This document shows, piece by piece, positions 50,545 through 63,975 of a DNA stretch of 64,000 bases. Within the stretch, counting starts at the first letter, position 1. Each line of letters starts with the position of its first letter. A model generated the notes under the pieces. That model ran no database searches, had not been told where the DNA came from, and worked only from the letters and a program-made list of their open reading frames with translations. This stretch comes from Camelus ferus (Eukaryota). A program made the position numbers and the translations under genes. The stretch spans positions 47,866,001 through 47,930,000 of the forward strand of contig NC_045707.1 in the NCBI RefSeq assembly GCF_009834535.1, read 5' to 3'.

Positions 50545-51089
50545 TACAGACAGGCCAAGAAATGTAAGCGTAATATAGTTTTCACATGTTTTGTGTGAAA
50601 ATGTTCTTCTTTTAGTTGATCAGTTATGGAGATTTTGAATTCACAGACCCTGACACCTGCAGATACATGCACATTTGCAGACGGTAATTAGAGCCTCACC
50701 TCTCCACCTCCCTCAGTGTCTCCTATTTATCTTGCTTATCTTTTGTTTATCTTTCCAGGACTCACAGGGAGGAAGAAGAGGCTGCTGTCCTGGCACAATC
50801 CCAGGTCTGAATTTGTCATCTCTGATGTTTTGAATCAGCTGCCTTTGTATTGTTGTATACTTGGTCCAGAAGAGTTAGAGTGGATCTCATCTCATCCCCT
50901 CCTCAAAGAGGCTGTGAAGACGTCAGCACTGAATGAGTAAGCTGGGTGGTCTGGGATGAGTCAGTCATTTCACAGAAGGAGCAGTAGGTGCAAGTCAGCA
51001 GGCCGAGGTCTTTGACACCCTTCATCAATTCCCTCTTTTCTGAGTTGCCTTTTAACGGTGGTAGAGCAACTGCTTTTAACGAATTACTG

Positions 51090-51240
51090 AATTTTCCAGC
51101 CAGGAGAGATATTAGGGATTATCAAATGTCATTCCTATCATTTTATGGAAATGGAGGCACAGAGAGGTGACATGCTTTTCTCAAGGCCACATAACTAGTA
51201 GTGATAACTGGAACTAGAAAATGAGTTTACTAACACCCTT
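51090..51240 (-). mobile_element. MIR SINE
   Basis: cattttatggaaatggaggcacagagaggtgacatgc...caaggccacataactagtagtg. Confidence 0.7.
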
Positions 51241-53094
51241 TTGTTTTAAACTCTGCCTCCCATGCCCAGTCAAATAAATGACTGCACTGAGACGGTCACT
51301 GAATTAAGCAGTTGTTTTGATTGAACTGGTATAATCAATTAAAATTCCTGCAACTAGGATTTATTTATACTCATGAACAGACTTGAAGCTGATTAAGCAT
51401 TTTAGATTCAATTCTTTCTGGATTCCTTGGGCCATGCTTTCATCTGGCTCAACCTCAAAATAAAGAACCTCAGAACATTTTATTCCTTAAAAAATGCAAT
51501 TAGACATGCCATGTAAAACGTATAGTCTTGTGTGATTATAGGAATTTTGCCATTATAACCTCTTGGCCAAAGATGATTTTATTATGTAGAATTGAATTGA
51601 AGTCATATAAATGGAAAACAGTATTTCTAAAACACCAAGAAAGGACAACCACTGCAAAGAATGTGATAACATCTACATCCCGTAAATGATGGGTTTCGAC
51701 TAATACTTAAAGTTCTTTGGAACTCAGAATAATGGAATTCATGGAGGAAATAACCAGGATGACCTTAAAATTTCTCTAGCAAATCTCAGGGGAAAATGCA
51801 CAGTTAACAAGCATACTGGCAATCATCATAAAATATCTAACAGCTTTCTTTCAGTTGCAGGACAAAGGAATTTGTGTTAACAAAGATGGAAAATTGGATA
51901 AAAAGATTGATTTTTTTTCTGTAGCTTCCGGCCTGGTGTTTTAAAAGTCAAGAAGTACTTTTTTCATTCACGGCCATAGCAAGGTATAGTGGAATCAATC
52001 ATGAAATTGGTTAAACAAAGGCATTTGTGAAAGCATGTAAAACTGATGCAAAGAAAGTTAAATCATCACCAGTAAAAGTCTACTGCATCTCTATACATAT
52101 GTTTCAGTTATAGCCACGTTGATTGAGTTTTTGTTTAATAAGCTATTTTCCGCAGCGAGTTTATTCTTTGTTCCATGCCGAGTTCCTTTTAGGATTTCCA
52201 TGTGACTTGTATTAGCATTTTTGGCTTCAAAACTACCTCTAATGAATCATTTGCAGTTTTTTTAAGGGTGCTTAAGAAATTAGACTGTGACAGTTATCCA
52301 AAACATAATTTAATATGCAGTTTAATTATTTAATACGCTATTTAAAAATTGAAGTGTGGCCTCTGGTTGGTTGATTGATACAGTACCATTAAGGTGGATT
52401 TGAAGCCCCTTCAAGAAGATAATTATCAGCCGAGTCCTTCATGGTCTGGACTTATAAATTAAGTTGTGTTCTAATAAAATGCTAATTCAAAAATGTCAAC
52501 TTCAGTGGTTTTAGAAGTGTATCTTTAAAATATTAATAAACACCTACATCTTTAAAAAAGTAATTACTAAGCTAAGGAAATTGAGTGAAATATTCTGTTA
52601 AAATGAAAGTAGTCTAATAATACAGTATTTCTTATTATATTTATATGTATTCACATTTATTTCCCATTTCCATATTCTCAAAAAAATACATGATTCTTTT
52701 TACAAAAATATTTGTCAACATACAATGGTTCAAATCTTTGCAATAATGGTGGGTCTTGAGACAAATCTTAGACATCATGACAAAACCTCACAACTCTCTT
52801 TACAGGAGAAAAATGAAAGTAATTGTTGGCTCTCTTTGCAGCTTGTTACCAAATTGTGCCTCTTTTTGCAAAAAAAAAAAAAAAAATTTTGCATTTTTTC
52901 CAAGAGTAACACAAATGGAAATGAAAATGGAAGTATAACACAGCTTAGATAAATATCTTTTGAAGAGTATTCTGAAGACCTCTACATTAGAATCAGTTGT
53001 GGTTTAAAATGCAAATTATTGGCTAGTCTCAGACCTATGGAATCAGAAGGTTCTCTAAAATCTGAAAACCGGTGATTGAGATGCTTAACAATTT

Positions 53095-53298
53095 CTTGTT
53101 TCAGAAAGTCTTCCCTAATCCTCAAAGCCAGATTTGTTACCCTTAACTGTATTCTTCTTTCATTTCATTACCCTTAACACTGTAATCACTGCCTAGACAG
53201 CAGGGGCTGTGTCTTCTCTTCTGTATTCTCAAAGCTTAGCACAGTATTGACATATGATAAACCTTTAAGAAACTCTTTGTTGAATAAATGAATGACTA
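53095..53298 (+). mobile_element. L2 3' fragment
   Basis: gcaggggctgtgtcttc...cttagcacagtattgac...tttgttgaataaatgaatga. Confidence 0.65.
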
Positions 53299-54609
53299 AT
53301 TAGTATAACATAGAACTATGGCCATGATGAAGCAGAATTCTTGATGATAATCCAATTTCCCAAGTCACAGACAAAAGTGATTTTAAATAGTTATCTCCTT
53401 CCACCTCCCACCACTCATGCTACCACCACTCCAGAGAATAGTGTTCTTTTAACTATAATTTTCCAATCCACCACCTTTGAAACTGAACTGTCACCTCAGC
53501 AGTGATATTAAAGTATGTCTACAGCTTTGCAACAATTTTTAGCCAAGTCTTTTGCTAATTCAAATTTAGAACAGGAAATCTTCTGCACCCTTGGCATCAA
53601 AATCAAGAGTGCTCTTAAGAGAAGGAGTTTAAAATGCAAGATAAGAGAAGTTCCATGCAGTGAAGTGGTTGACTGAGAGTTAGGGAAATGGAAGAAGCCA
53701 CAGACACTAGAAGCCTTGTATAATTCCTTGAGGTTAAGCCTGGAAATCAGTTCGAAAACTGTAGTTAGAGGGTTTTGAAAATTTTGGCCAAGCATTCAAG
53801 ATTAAGGGCGGTACCTTATTTACTTGATTATCAGCTACGGTTTGTATTAAAAGCATCACCCCCTAAAGAGAACATGGAGGGCTGATCTGGGAAAATGACC
53901 CCAGTGTACCTGCCCTTACATTTATCTCATAAAACCACACATCTGGTTTAGAAAGAAGCCAAAAGAGGGAGCTGCCTAGAGCATTTCTTAATTTAAATGA
54001 TACATTTAATAACAATGTTCCAGGCTCAGAAGTCACTAGAGCACAATTGTCTTGAAGTCAGTGGCTGCAGCCTCTTTACCTTTGCACCCTCGTACTCCTT
54101 CAAAGAATTCTTGCTCATAGCAGAAGCTCCTTGGTCAGTGCTTCTTGAACGTTGAATACAAACAGAAGGAGAACTCACATAAGTCTAAGAATAGAGAATT
54201 TTAAGTAACTGGGCTTTCTATCATTGAAGTTTTGCTGTTGAGTATTATAGTAAATTATAGACAAACCCTATTAATTCTAAAATATAGACTCAGATAGGTC
54301 ATAAGAGGTAAATACAGACAAGACCAGGCAGGAACTGAAGCCAGAGTGTGGGGTGGGAGCTTGGCCACTGGGAAGACAAGTACAGTTATTAAGACTAGAA
54401 ACAAGCTGAGTTGATTCTGAGAAGCTGAGATAATGGCCTGAGGCCTCTTAAGGACTGGTTGAGTTGGAGATTTTCGAGTGGGATTTGAACACTTGGCCAA
54501 AGAAGGTTGGTAAGTGGTCAAGGGTACTCAGAGATTATAGAGAAAGTTACCACAAAAGTTTAGCTTATAGCAATATCCTCCTTTAGCACACTGATCAACA
54601 ATTGCCAGG

Positions 54610-55600
54610 CAGGGCTAGATGCATGCATGTACATACAGCCTTGTGCAGCTAGGGCTCCATGCTTGGTTTAATGCTCTGCTGTCACCGTCTTGAAATTCTA
54701 AAGAATTTTATTTTAGAACTTGTGTTTGAAAGCAGGGTTCCGTGGGGCAATGGAGCATGCACATGAGCAGAGAGGGTATGCACAAAATGCATGTCTGTCA
54801 TTCCTTGCCACCCTTTTTGCATATAGGGTTTGTGTTGCCCCGTGAGCACAGAATTCTGGTGGACCGACGATGTTGACAATTTCAGCAAGACTGAAAGTGA
54901 ATACAAGTAACATTTAAAACTGAGTAATCCAGAGGTGCTGACAGCCCCCAGAGTCTACACTTTCAATCTGAAGCAGAACATCCTTTGAACAAAGAAAGAA
55001 GGCAATGGAATCCTAAGAAGCATCAGCAGTCAGTTTTTACTCATGATATTCCCTTGTATTAGCCAAACACTTTCACTGAAAATGATGACTTAGAAGGTGA
55101 GGGAGAGATAGGGCAACATATAGTCCCTTCTCCTGTCAGTTCTTTACTCACTGATAAGCCGAAGGTAGACGGTGTTGGTAGAATGTATATTTATCAAGAA
55201 GGGATATAAAAGCAGGGCAGCATTTCCACTCTTCTGGTAAGAACAAAATACATATGAGCTATGAAAAATACATATGCATGTATGAGCTATGAAATATGAA
55301 TTGTGCCATTTCAACAATTTTGCATATGCTCTTATATTTGCATTTAAAACTGACATTGCACAATATAAAAATGAACAGTAAAATTCATGCAAATAATTTA
55401 AAATTTTAATATTTTTCTACCTAGAATGACATTAAATAAAAAATAAAAAACACCATTAAGTCAAGAGAAAAGCCACAGAAGAAAAAAAAAGTTTATCTTT
55501 TTAATACCTTTAATGGCATTTCCCTCCACCCTGCTTTTTCAAGGAGGAGTTGTGCATTTTTATTGTGCACTGGGCCCTGCACATTATATAGCTAACCTTG
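54610..55600 (+). mobile_element. MER45B hAT-Tip100 non-autonomous element, full length
   Basis: Ends cagggctag / ctaaccttg. Internal cttggtttaatgctctgctgtcaccgtcttgaaattc and gcactgggccctgcacattat. The 8-bp TSD ttgccagg / ctgtcagg matches at 6 of 8 positions. Confidence 0.9.
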
Positions 55601-55724
55601 CTGTCAGGCAAGTATTTCAAGAAGCATTGTCTTGGAAAATTCTGGAAAGAAGGAATGCACAGCAGGGAACTAAAGCCTGAAAGATTATCTAACCTCCTTC
55701 CCGGTCACAGAGCAATCAAAGGAC

Positions 55725-55905
55725 ATTGTCAGGAACTCTGATCTGGGCTCTGCTCCCTAGCTGTGTGGCCTTGTGAAAGTTGCCTAATCTTTCTGAGCCT
55801 CAGTTTCCCCATAGTAACATGTATGGGTGCTGAGAGGGATAGACATAACTCATGCAAAGTGTCTACTACAAAATAACCTCTTAATATATGATAGCTATTA
55901 ACACT
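55725..55905 (+). mobile_element. MIR SINE
   Basis: ctagctgtgtggccttg...ttctgagcctcagtttccccat. Confidence 0.75.
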
Positions 55906-56404
55906 GCTATAATTAAAGGTTCTGTTATTTCTAGGACACATAGGATTACCCTTACATATGACAGATTAGGAATTGCTTTTGTGAAAGGATTTGAAGACAT
56001 CCTGATTTCCTCCTGATGCCTAAAATCCCCCAAGCAATCCACTCCTGATTATTCTAATTTCCTTTTCACAGGGCTACCCATAAAAGGTATAATACAAATC
56101 CTGAGCATCTCAGTGTGAAAGTAACAGCAGATAGAGGCCATCTCTGCAAGAGCGATGGACACCTGGAGCGTTGGGTGGAAGGTATTTCTGAAAGGGACAA
56201 GTGCCCCAGAATGAAATCATGAGGGGAGAGTACAAGGAAGTACAAAAACAAATTCCACCTTCTTGGAAGCTACAAGTTAGGCTTGTGATCATCAAAGTGG
56301 ACACATTTGGGTAAGTCGAATATCTTACAACCCATCGGTCTCAATTTTCAAACAAAATAATGGGTTGATTATTGTGAAAATACCTTCACAGTTTAAGATT
56401 TAAA

Positions 56405-56620
56405 AATTCAACAGGCATTCATCTGAGGCTTCTTCTATATGTGATACAGTGCTAGGCACTCGCGAAGAGACAAAAAGGAATAAGGAAAGATCCCTGCCCC
56501 CAAGTTGGTCACAGTTTGGAAGAAAGGATTAGATCTGCCATGCTTAATACAGGAAAGAATAAGTGCCACAGGAAAAATAGGGATTGAGATACAGAGCAAA
56601 GAGCAGCCATCTCTATTTTA
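56405..56620 (-). mobile_element. L2 3' fragment
   Basis: attcaacaggcattcatctgagg...acagtgctaggcact...atccctgcccccaag. Confidence 0.65.
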
Positions 56621-56699
56621 GCTGATGTGTGTCTTTCTCTCCACCCTTGCTGTCTCATGCTAACCTACATGAACTTATTTGTTCTACATGCTGATAATA

Positions 56700-56905
56700 A
56701 GAACCACATTTTTTTGCCCATACACTGTGTCAAACATGTGTCAAAAACCTTCACCTATGTCACAATTAATTCGTGTAAATACTGCTAGGATGAAAAAATG
56801 GACTAATAGAAGCTAAGGACTTATTCAAGGTCACACAGCCAATGAGTATCAGAGTCAGGATTCAAACCCAGGTTAATCTGACTCCATAACCTAATCTCTT
56901 TCCAT
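56700..56905 (-). mobile_element. MIR SINE
   Basis: caaggtcacacagccaatgagtatcagagtcaggattcaaacccagg...tctgactcc. Confidence 0.75.
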
Positions 56906-56924
56906 TTTGTTTCCACCAGTGCCT

Positions 56925-57300
56925 ACCTGAGGTTCCCCGAAGAGACCATGCAATTATGTTCCTCCGTACTTTTGTGTCTGCTATTTTTCTATGTGGACTG
57001 ACTTCAATCCCTTGTCTCCAGAATAATCTCCTGTACATAATAAAACCCCAGCTCAGCTATTAAACTCTTTTTCCCACCTTTTTTTCCCTTTAAAAGATTA
57101 ATAACTCCCTAGTTTATGCTTCCAAGTAGCTCCTATATGTGCTGTTATATTATTTATTATGTTATAGAGGAATAATTTATTTATAGATTTGTCATTCCTT
57201 TCAGACAGGAAGCTCCTTGAGAGGTGCTCTATATTTTTTCTGTGTTTTTCTATTTAGCACGTGGTAGGTACTCAACAGTTTTTTGCTGAAACACATTGAA
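56925..57300 (+). mobile_element. L2 3' fragment
   Basis: cagacaggaagctccttgagagg...tagcacgtggtaggtactcaac. Confidence 0.6.
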
Positions 57301-57344
57301 TTGGATATTCAGTTAAGGGAATTAGTATTGGGAATTAGAATTAG

Positions 57345-57549
57345 TATTTTTTGTAAAAGACCCAAAAATAAATATTTCCGGCTTTGCAAGCCTGTTGCAA
57401 TTACTCCCCACTGTTATTTCAGTGCAAAAACAGTGATAGAAAATATACTTAAATGAATGAGTATGATTGTGTTCCAGTAAGACTTTTATCTACAAAAACA
57501 GTCTGGTAGGTCAGAGTTGGCCCTCAAGCTGTAGTTTGCCAACCCCTGA
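57345..57549. mobile_element. MER58A hAT-Charlie MITE
   Basis: taaatatttccggctttgcaagcc...gtgttccagtaagacttttatctacaaaaacag...gctgtagtttgccaacccctg. Confidence 0.85.
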
Positions 57550-57569
57550 TGTATAGTATGTCAACAGGC

Positions 57570-58140
57570 TGATATTAAGAGTGGGAATGGAGAAGGCCTT
57601 CCAAGCAGAAGAAACAGTATGTGCAAATGCCCTGTGGCAGTATGTGATCAGGGGAAAACACAAATGAGTAGGGCTGGTTTATGGTGTACAAAGAAGGAGG
57701 TCATAATAGATACATCTGGAAACGTGGGGCAAGAGTATGAAGGGCCTTAAAAGATAGAGTAAGGGTCTGTTCTAAATCCAGTAGATATGGGAATGCCATT
57801 GAAGTTTTTTAGCAAACTGATGACCTGCCGTGACTGTACACCAGAAATTAACCTGCCCACACATATACCACAGGCACACAGATCAAGAGGTTTGTCAAAT
57901 AACCCAAGCAATGGAATAGACATGGTAAAAATGGAAAAACATGGGCAAACATGAGAGTGGCAGAGGCAGAGGCAGCAGGAACTGACAATTGAACGTCAGC
58001 ATGGGCAGAATAAAAGATGACACTGACTTTTCTAGCCTGGTGTCTGGGAACATGGCAGACTCAATAATAAAACCAGAAAAAGGCAAGAGGAGGGACTGAC
58101 TTCAGAAAAAAAATAATAAATTTGTTTCAGACATGTTAAG
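57570..58140 (-). mobile_element. L2 fragment
   Basis: ttccaagcagaagaaacagtatgtgcaaatgccctgtggc...gccattgaagttttttagc. Confidence 0.6.
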
Positions 58141-58829
58141 TCTGATTTTAATACTTGTTTTGCCAGGTCAAAGCCCAAGTTTAAATACTGTGACTTATAA
58201 CAGCATTCCTTCCCAAAACTGGATTAAAATGTTTCTGCCATTTGGCAAGGAAAATACTTTTAAGTTCCTTTCCAAAATATACCTTTCCATGATGTTTGAT
58301 CTCTGTTTAAGTTTTATTTTAAGCTCCACCTGTCCTAACAACTAAAGAATACTTAGGAATTATTCTCTCTTTCCTGAGTCTTTTCATTTTCCGGTCATGT
58401 GCTGTGCAATTCTCACCCTTCACTTTAGGTTCACATTTTATCCATAAAATAGGATAAATTGTCAGTGCAGGGGACTTGGGTCTTTCCTTATAAACTATGA
58501 TTATTATATTGAGATAAGCAGAATCAGGGTACAGTCCAACGATAAGAACACAAAAATTGTCAAGCTAGAGAGACAATTGAAATTGAAGTCCAATCATAAG
58601 AAATATCCTGAAGGAAAGTTGATGTGTCATGTAGAAATTGAGGTCAGAAACTTGCAAGTTCTGAGTCAAGTTGCCAAATCTTGGTAAGGAACACCTGAGA
58701 GCAGAGTCAGAATGACTAAGTCACACATTTGAGATTCATATACAGAAAGAAACGAGGTGAGGTTGAAGATGCAGAGGAGCAGCAGAAGGGAGAGTGTTTG
58801 GGTTGAGTGTCTGAGTGAAGGGAAAGTTG

Positions 58830-59075
58830 TCCAAACCCATAGAATATATAACACAAAGAGTGAACCCTAACGTAAACTAGGGACTTAGGGTGATGGTGAT
58901 GTACCAAAGTAGGTTCATCAGTTGTAACAAATGTACTATTGTAGTGGGGGATGTTGCTGATGGGGGAGGCCATGCATGTGTGGGGACAGAGGGCATATGG
59001 AGAATCTCTGAACCTTCCTCTCAGTTTTGCTGTGAACCTAAAACTGCTCTAAAAATAACAGTCAATAAATTTTTT
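58830..59075 (+). mobile_element. L1MC1/2-like 3' end
   Basis: aaacccatagaatatataacacaaagagtgaaccctaa...gctgtgaacctaaaactgctctaaaaataa. Confidence 0.85.
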
Positions 59076-59174
59076 AAAAATTCATATTTACTAAAAGAAC
59101 AACAAGAACATAGATCCTAAAAAAAGACGATCAAATCAAAACTTACGAGAAAAATTTGCAAATAAAAATTGTAC

Positions 59175-59385
59175 CACAATCTGAACAAAGTCTGTAGTTT
59201 AGCTATTAGGATTGTACCGAAGATAATTTCCTAGTTCTGACAAATGTAGTATGGTTATGTAAGATGTTAACATTAGAAGAAGCCGAATGAAGGGTAGGCA
59301 GGAGCTCTCTGTTTCTATCTTTACAACTTCTCTGTAAAATCTAAAATAATTTCAAAATAAAAAGGCAAAAAATTAAAAAAAAAAA
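59175..59385 (+). mobile_element. Old L1 3' end (L1MC4/L1MD-like)
   Basis: atggttatgtaagatgttaacattaga...acaacttctctgtaaaatctaaaataatttcaaaataaaa. Confidence 0.75.
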
Positions 59386-59499
59386 TCTCCACATAGCTTC
59401 CTGGTTGTACAATTTACTGAGTTTAAAGATTAGTCATTGCTTAGGATGGCTCTTCTTCCAAAACCTCTTACTGCATTAAGTCAAATAAGTCAGTGGCTC

Positions 59500-59715
59500 A
59501 GGGCACATTTGTAGAAACTGATGGCTCTTGGTTCTAAGCCTGGCTCTGTTATTTACTAGCTGTGTGACTCGGAGTAAGGTTTACTTAACTTCTGTAAGTC
59601 TCTATTTATTTCACCTATAAAATGAGTACACTAATACTTGCCTATTACAAAATAATCCAGAGTGCTTTACACTTTGCCTAACACATGGGTAGTGTTCGGT
59701 GGACGTGACAGTAGT
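59500..59715 (+). mobile_element. MIR SINE
   Basis: cctggctctgttatttactagctgtgtgactcgg...ttacttaacttctg...cctataaaatgag. Confidence 0.75.
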
Positions 59716-60584
59716 ATTGATTGGTGTCTGTATATCATGTGTGTGTGTCAAAATTTAACCGCTGCACAGGAAGAGCTGACTATGCTGCAGTCAGCGTATC
59801 CCATCACTGCCCAAAATGAAATGCTAGACTTGTTTTGCTGTGCTTTGGGTCCACAAACAGAAGACGCATTCCAGCCTTCTCTCGGAAATATGATTTTCAA
59901 CTCAGCCACTCTTTTATATTAAAGTAAGCACCGTGACCAGATGGTCTCTGTTCTGGAGTTCCAGAATGACATTAAAAATGAGTGGGCAGAGGGATCTTAT
60001 TAGTCATTTGTTGGCTTCACAGCGGCCATTTCCATGAAATTATAGGACAATGACAAAATTAAAGCAGCTTATGCTGGCCTTTGGAAAGCTGGTCTCTGTG
60101 TCTGCAAATACTCATGGGTCAGGAATGTAGAACAGGGGCAATAAATTGAAGAATTACTGCCTGACGATCCCAGGTCCTTTTGGCTGAGAAGCCAAGACCC
60201 CTCCGGAGTTAGGCCCTGAGGAAAATAGGCTAACGACAGGAAATACTGCCTTGCTGAAGAAGGCCTGTAGCACCTCAGCTTTCTGGTTAGCATTTACACC
60301 ACCAGGGGAAGGGAAGGCCCTTGTAATGGGCTGTTGGAAACTGCTCATGAACTGGATCTAATAGGTGAAAAGAAACTGGCATCAAACCTGGGACTTTAAG
60401 CCAGTGCATCCAGGCAGAGGCTTCTGTTCAAGTCTTCCCTGGCCGGCCAGTCCCCTGCTTACACTTCTTCACCTTGGACCCTTCCACCTCTCTGTCCTCC
60501 CTCTCCTCTGTGGAGCTGCCTTCTCACTTCCCACTCGCATCCTCCAGCCCACCCCCAGCTCAGAGTCTCAGAAGCTAGTGACAG

Positions 60585-60840
60585 ATATTGTGGAACACAT
60601 AAATGTGGAGCTTAGAGACTCAAGACCTGAGCTCTGGTAACTCCACCACTTGCTTATGTGAGAAACAGACTGATCATCCCCCACGGTTTCAGTTTTCTCA
60701 CACTGAATAGCTTTCTTTGCATTAAAAACAACAACAAATTCCTTACTTTGTCTAAAATTTCCACACGGGATTGTTGTGAGGCTTAAATTAAACATATATT
60801 ATAAGTGTCTAGTGCCGTGTAGGCACTAGATCGACATTAA
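60585..60840 (+). mobile_element. MIR SINE
   Basis: ctccaccacttgcttatgtg...tcagttttctc...ggattgttgtgaggcttaaatt. Confidence 0.65.
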
Positions 60841-62004
60841 TTACCTTCCCCTTATTGTCCATTGGAGAACTTGAGGAAAATGTCCAGGGATTAGTAGTAT
60901 AATTTCCACTGTCATTGGCCTAAATTTTGGCCTTGCTCATAGTGCAATGAAAAGTAAAATGTCTTAGAAATTCCAAGAAACATTGCTTTTGAGATTTTAA
61001 AAGCTGCGAGAATATCAAACGAATTGTCTGCTCTCACTGAGCTCAGATTTCTCTGACAGCAACTGATTTTGTTACACCAAGGATATGTAGGAAGTAATTA
61101 GTTAATTGGATGACCTTCCTTCACCTTTGTGATATTTGCTTTAATAAATTTGCCTACTCTTTCCACATATATGTTTACTCTAAACCCATTGAGAAGAGAA
61201 TAATGAAAGCCTCTTGGTCTAGATCTTGTGTCCCTTAAAAAGCTTTTATAAATATCTTCAAGAAATGCACCCTCTTTTCCCAAAGGAAAACCTAGAGGTG
61301 ATTGGAATCCACTTCTCCGAAGTATTACCCATTTCTTTAGCAGCAATTAGAATTTCTAAAAGCAAAAGAAAGTCTTCTTTTGTGTTTTTCGGAGAATGAC
61401 AGGGAAAGAGAAACTATTTACAGGTGACTGAAAGGTTGTATTAACTTTTCAGATTGCCTTTCCTTTAAAATCTCACTTTTGGTACTTAAATGCCTTTGAT
61501 TCCAAAGCAGACAAGGGTCAGTCAGCTGCTGTGTTTCAACCTGAACAGCATGTCAGTGGCATCAGAGTCACTGTCATTTTTTGTGTGATAATTTTAGCAT
61601 GGAGCTCCTATCTGCACACTTCAAATTTCTGAAATCAGTAACAGTTGATCGAATGTTAACAAGAGTTGTGGTGATCATTTTGCAATGTTTACAAATAACA
61701 TTTTATACAGCTGAAAATAATGTTATATGTCAATTATACTTCAATTTTTAAAAATTGTAGTATTTTCCCCCCTACACTATATTGTTTTCTGGTCTCAACT
61801 CAACTTATAGAGTAAATTACATTTTACTGTGCTTATTTAAAAATTTTTACATGACATTAAAAACAAATGAGAGGGCTGGTAAAGAAGTGTAGAAGGTAAG
61901 AGTTAAATTTGGCATGTGGTAAAAAGGAAATTGTTTTGGGATGAAAAGGAGGAAGAATAGAAATCCATAAAAGCAAAGTAGAAGAAATAATTATGACACC
62001 AGGG

Positions 62005-62230
62005 AGGCAGGACTGTATAGTGGTTAGGAGCAGAGATGCTCTAGATTCTCAACGCAGAGCTACCCATGTTAGCTGTGTGATTTTACGACAATTACTTAAC
62101 TCTCTCTGTCTTTATTTTCTTATCTATACTAGAGATGGTGGGCTAGTGGTATCTGTCTAATAAAGTTGCTAAAAGGATTAAATGGGTTAGTGCCTATCAC
62201 ATAATAGGTACTATATAAATCTTTGTTGAA
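62005..62230 (+). mobile_element. MIR SINE
   Basis: tgtatagtggttaggagc...ttagctgtgtgatt...ttacttaactctctctg. Confidence 0.75.
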
Positions 62231-62247
62231 CGAAGAAGTAATAATGG

Positions 62248-63975
62248 CATCGTATATACATGACATAATGCATTTGTCAAAACCCACGGAAATTTACAGC
62301 ACAAAGAGAGAACCTTAATGTATGCAAATTTTTAGAAGATTATTTAGAAGTTTGGATGGAATGCAGAGCATGAGAAAACAATCTAGCTATATGACAAACA
62401 TATGAAACAAGCTCACTGAAGGGGGCGGGAGGGATGATACCAAACTAAGTAACTTTGGAAATGAGTGGAGTCTATAGGACTACAGGCAAAAGAAACTGTA
62501 CATAAGGACTGTACTCTGGATAATAGAGTTAGATGTTGGTTAGAAACTCTGATAACACTATATATGTACACAGGAATGGACCAATTAAATACATGCATGG
62601 CAGGTGTTGGGAGCCAGATTTCTCACTGTTGGAGTAGGAGGTTATAGGGTAGCAAGGGGAGGAGGCAAGAATGATCTATGAGGAATGGACTAGAGCTGAA
62701 GACATCAGTATGAACTCATGTTTAGCTTAATACAGCTATAGATAGTTACATAGAGAAATATAATATGTGTACCTTCGTGAACTAGTTTACACATAAAAAT
62801 TTTCCTTCTCTTCTCAGCTAAGAGCACCAACATTCAGTAGCAATGAGCACACCTAGTAGCACCCAAATCTTGGTTTCTAATACCATTATCCCATAAAAGG
62901 AATCAGGTTTCCTTGGAGAAATGGCTGATTCTAGAACTGAAGCAGAAAATATACAATCTGAGCCTGGAGCATTTTGTAGTGCTAGGAAGCAAGGAAGTAA
63001 GGAAGTATCCAAACAAACAAACAAACAAAAAAACCCCAAATCCTCCCACAACCAAAAATAACCCTACATCAATGAGAGTATGCCAAAGAGACCCTGAAAG
63101 AGCTGCCAATGACCAAAGCTGGAATAATATGAGCAATAAAATAGAGCAGTATTGAATCATAACTCAAAATATAAAATAAATTTCCATGAGTCCTTATTGA
63201 TATAAAGAATTGAGTAAACAAATAAAATAAATGGCCGGTGAGGAGGAGAGGAAGGAAATAGACAAATCTCCCACGCAGATTTCCCAATAATTTATGTAGA
63301 TAGCCCACCCTCAAGGAAGTGGAACACACCTCCCAACCTCTTAAGTGTAGGCTGTGCATAATGACTTCTTGCCAATGAGTACAGCTTGGAAAGGTGGGGT
63401 GTGTAGAGAGGAAAGAGTAACTTTACAGTAGGAAAAAATGGGCAAATGTTACCCTAACTAGGTAACCAAGGATAACATCAACAGTGAGAAGTCATGTTGA
63501 TAGCAGGTACTCTTGATAGATGTGATGAAAATAGCACTTTTCCTCCCCAAAACACATAATCCCAGTGTAATCTTGAGAAAAACATCAGACACATCCTAAA
63601 TGAGGGACATCCTACAAAATATCTGAGCAGTACTCCCCCAAAGTGTCAAGGTCGTCAAAATTTAGAGTCTCAGGAACAGCCACAGCTAAGCAGAACCTAA
63701 TGAGACATGACTAGTAGATTTAATGTGATATCCTGGATGGAATCCAGGAACAGAAAAAGATCATTAGGTAAAAACTAAGAAAATCTGACTGAAGTAATGA
63801 CCTTAAATAATAATAGTGTATCAACATTGGTGCATTAATTGCAACAAATGTACCATACAAATGTAAGATGCTACTAGGGAAAACTGAAGGTTGGGTGTAT
63901 GGGAACTCTGTACTGTCTTCATAATTTTTCTGTAACTCTAAAATTGTTATAAAATTAAAAGTTTACTAAAAAACA
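62248..63975 (+). mobile_element. L1MC3-like long 3' UTR
   Basis: gcatttgtcaaaaccca...ttccttggagaaatggctgattctag...gtatgggaactctgtactgtcttc...ttctgtaactctaaaattg. Confidence 0.85.

Noticed and set aside
55205..55212. TATAAAAG motif
   Set aside because: It lies inside MER45B with no supporting initiator or exon structure.
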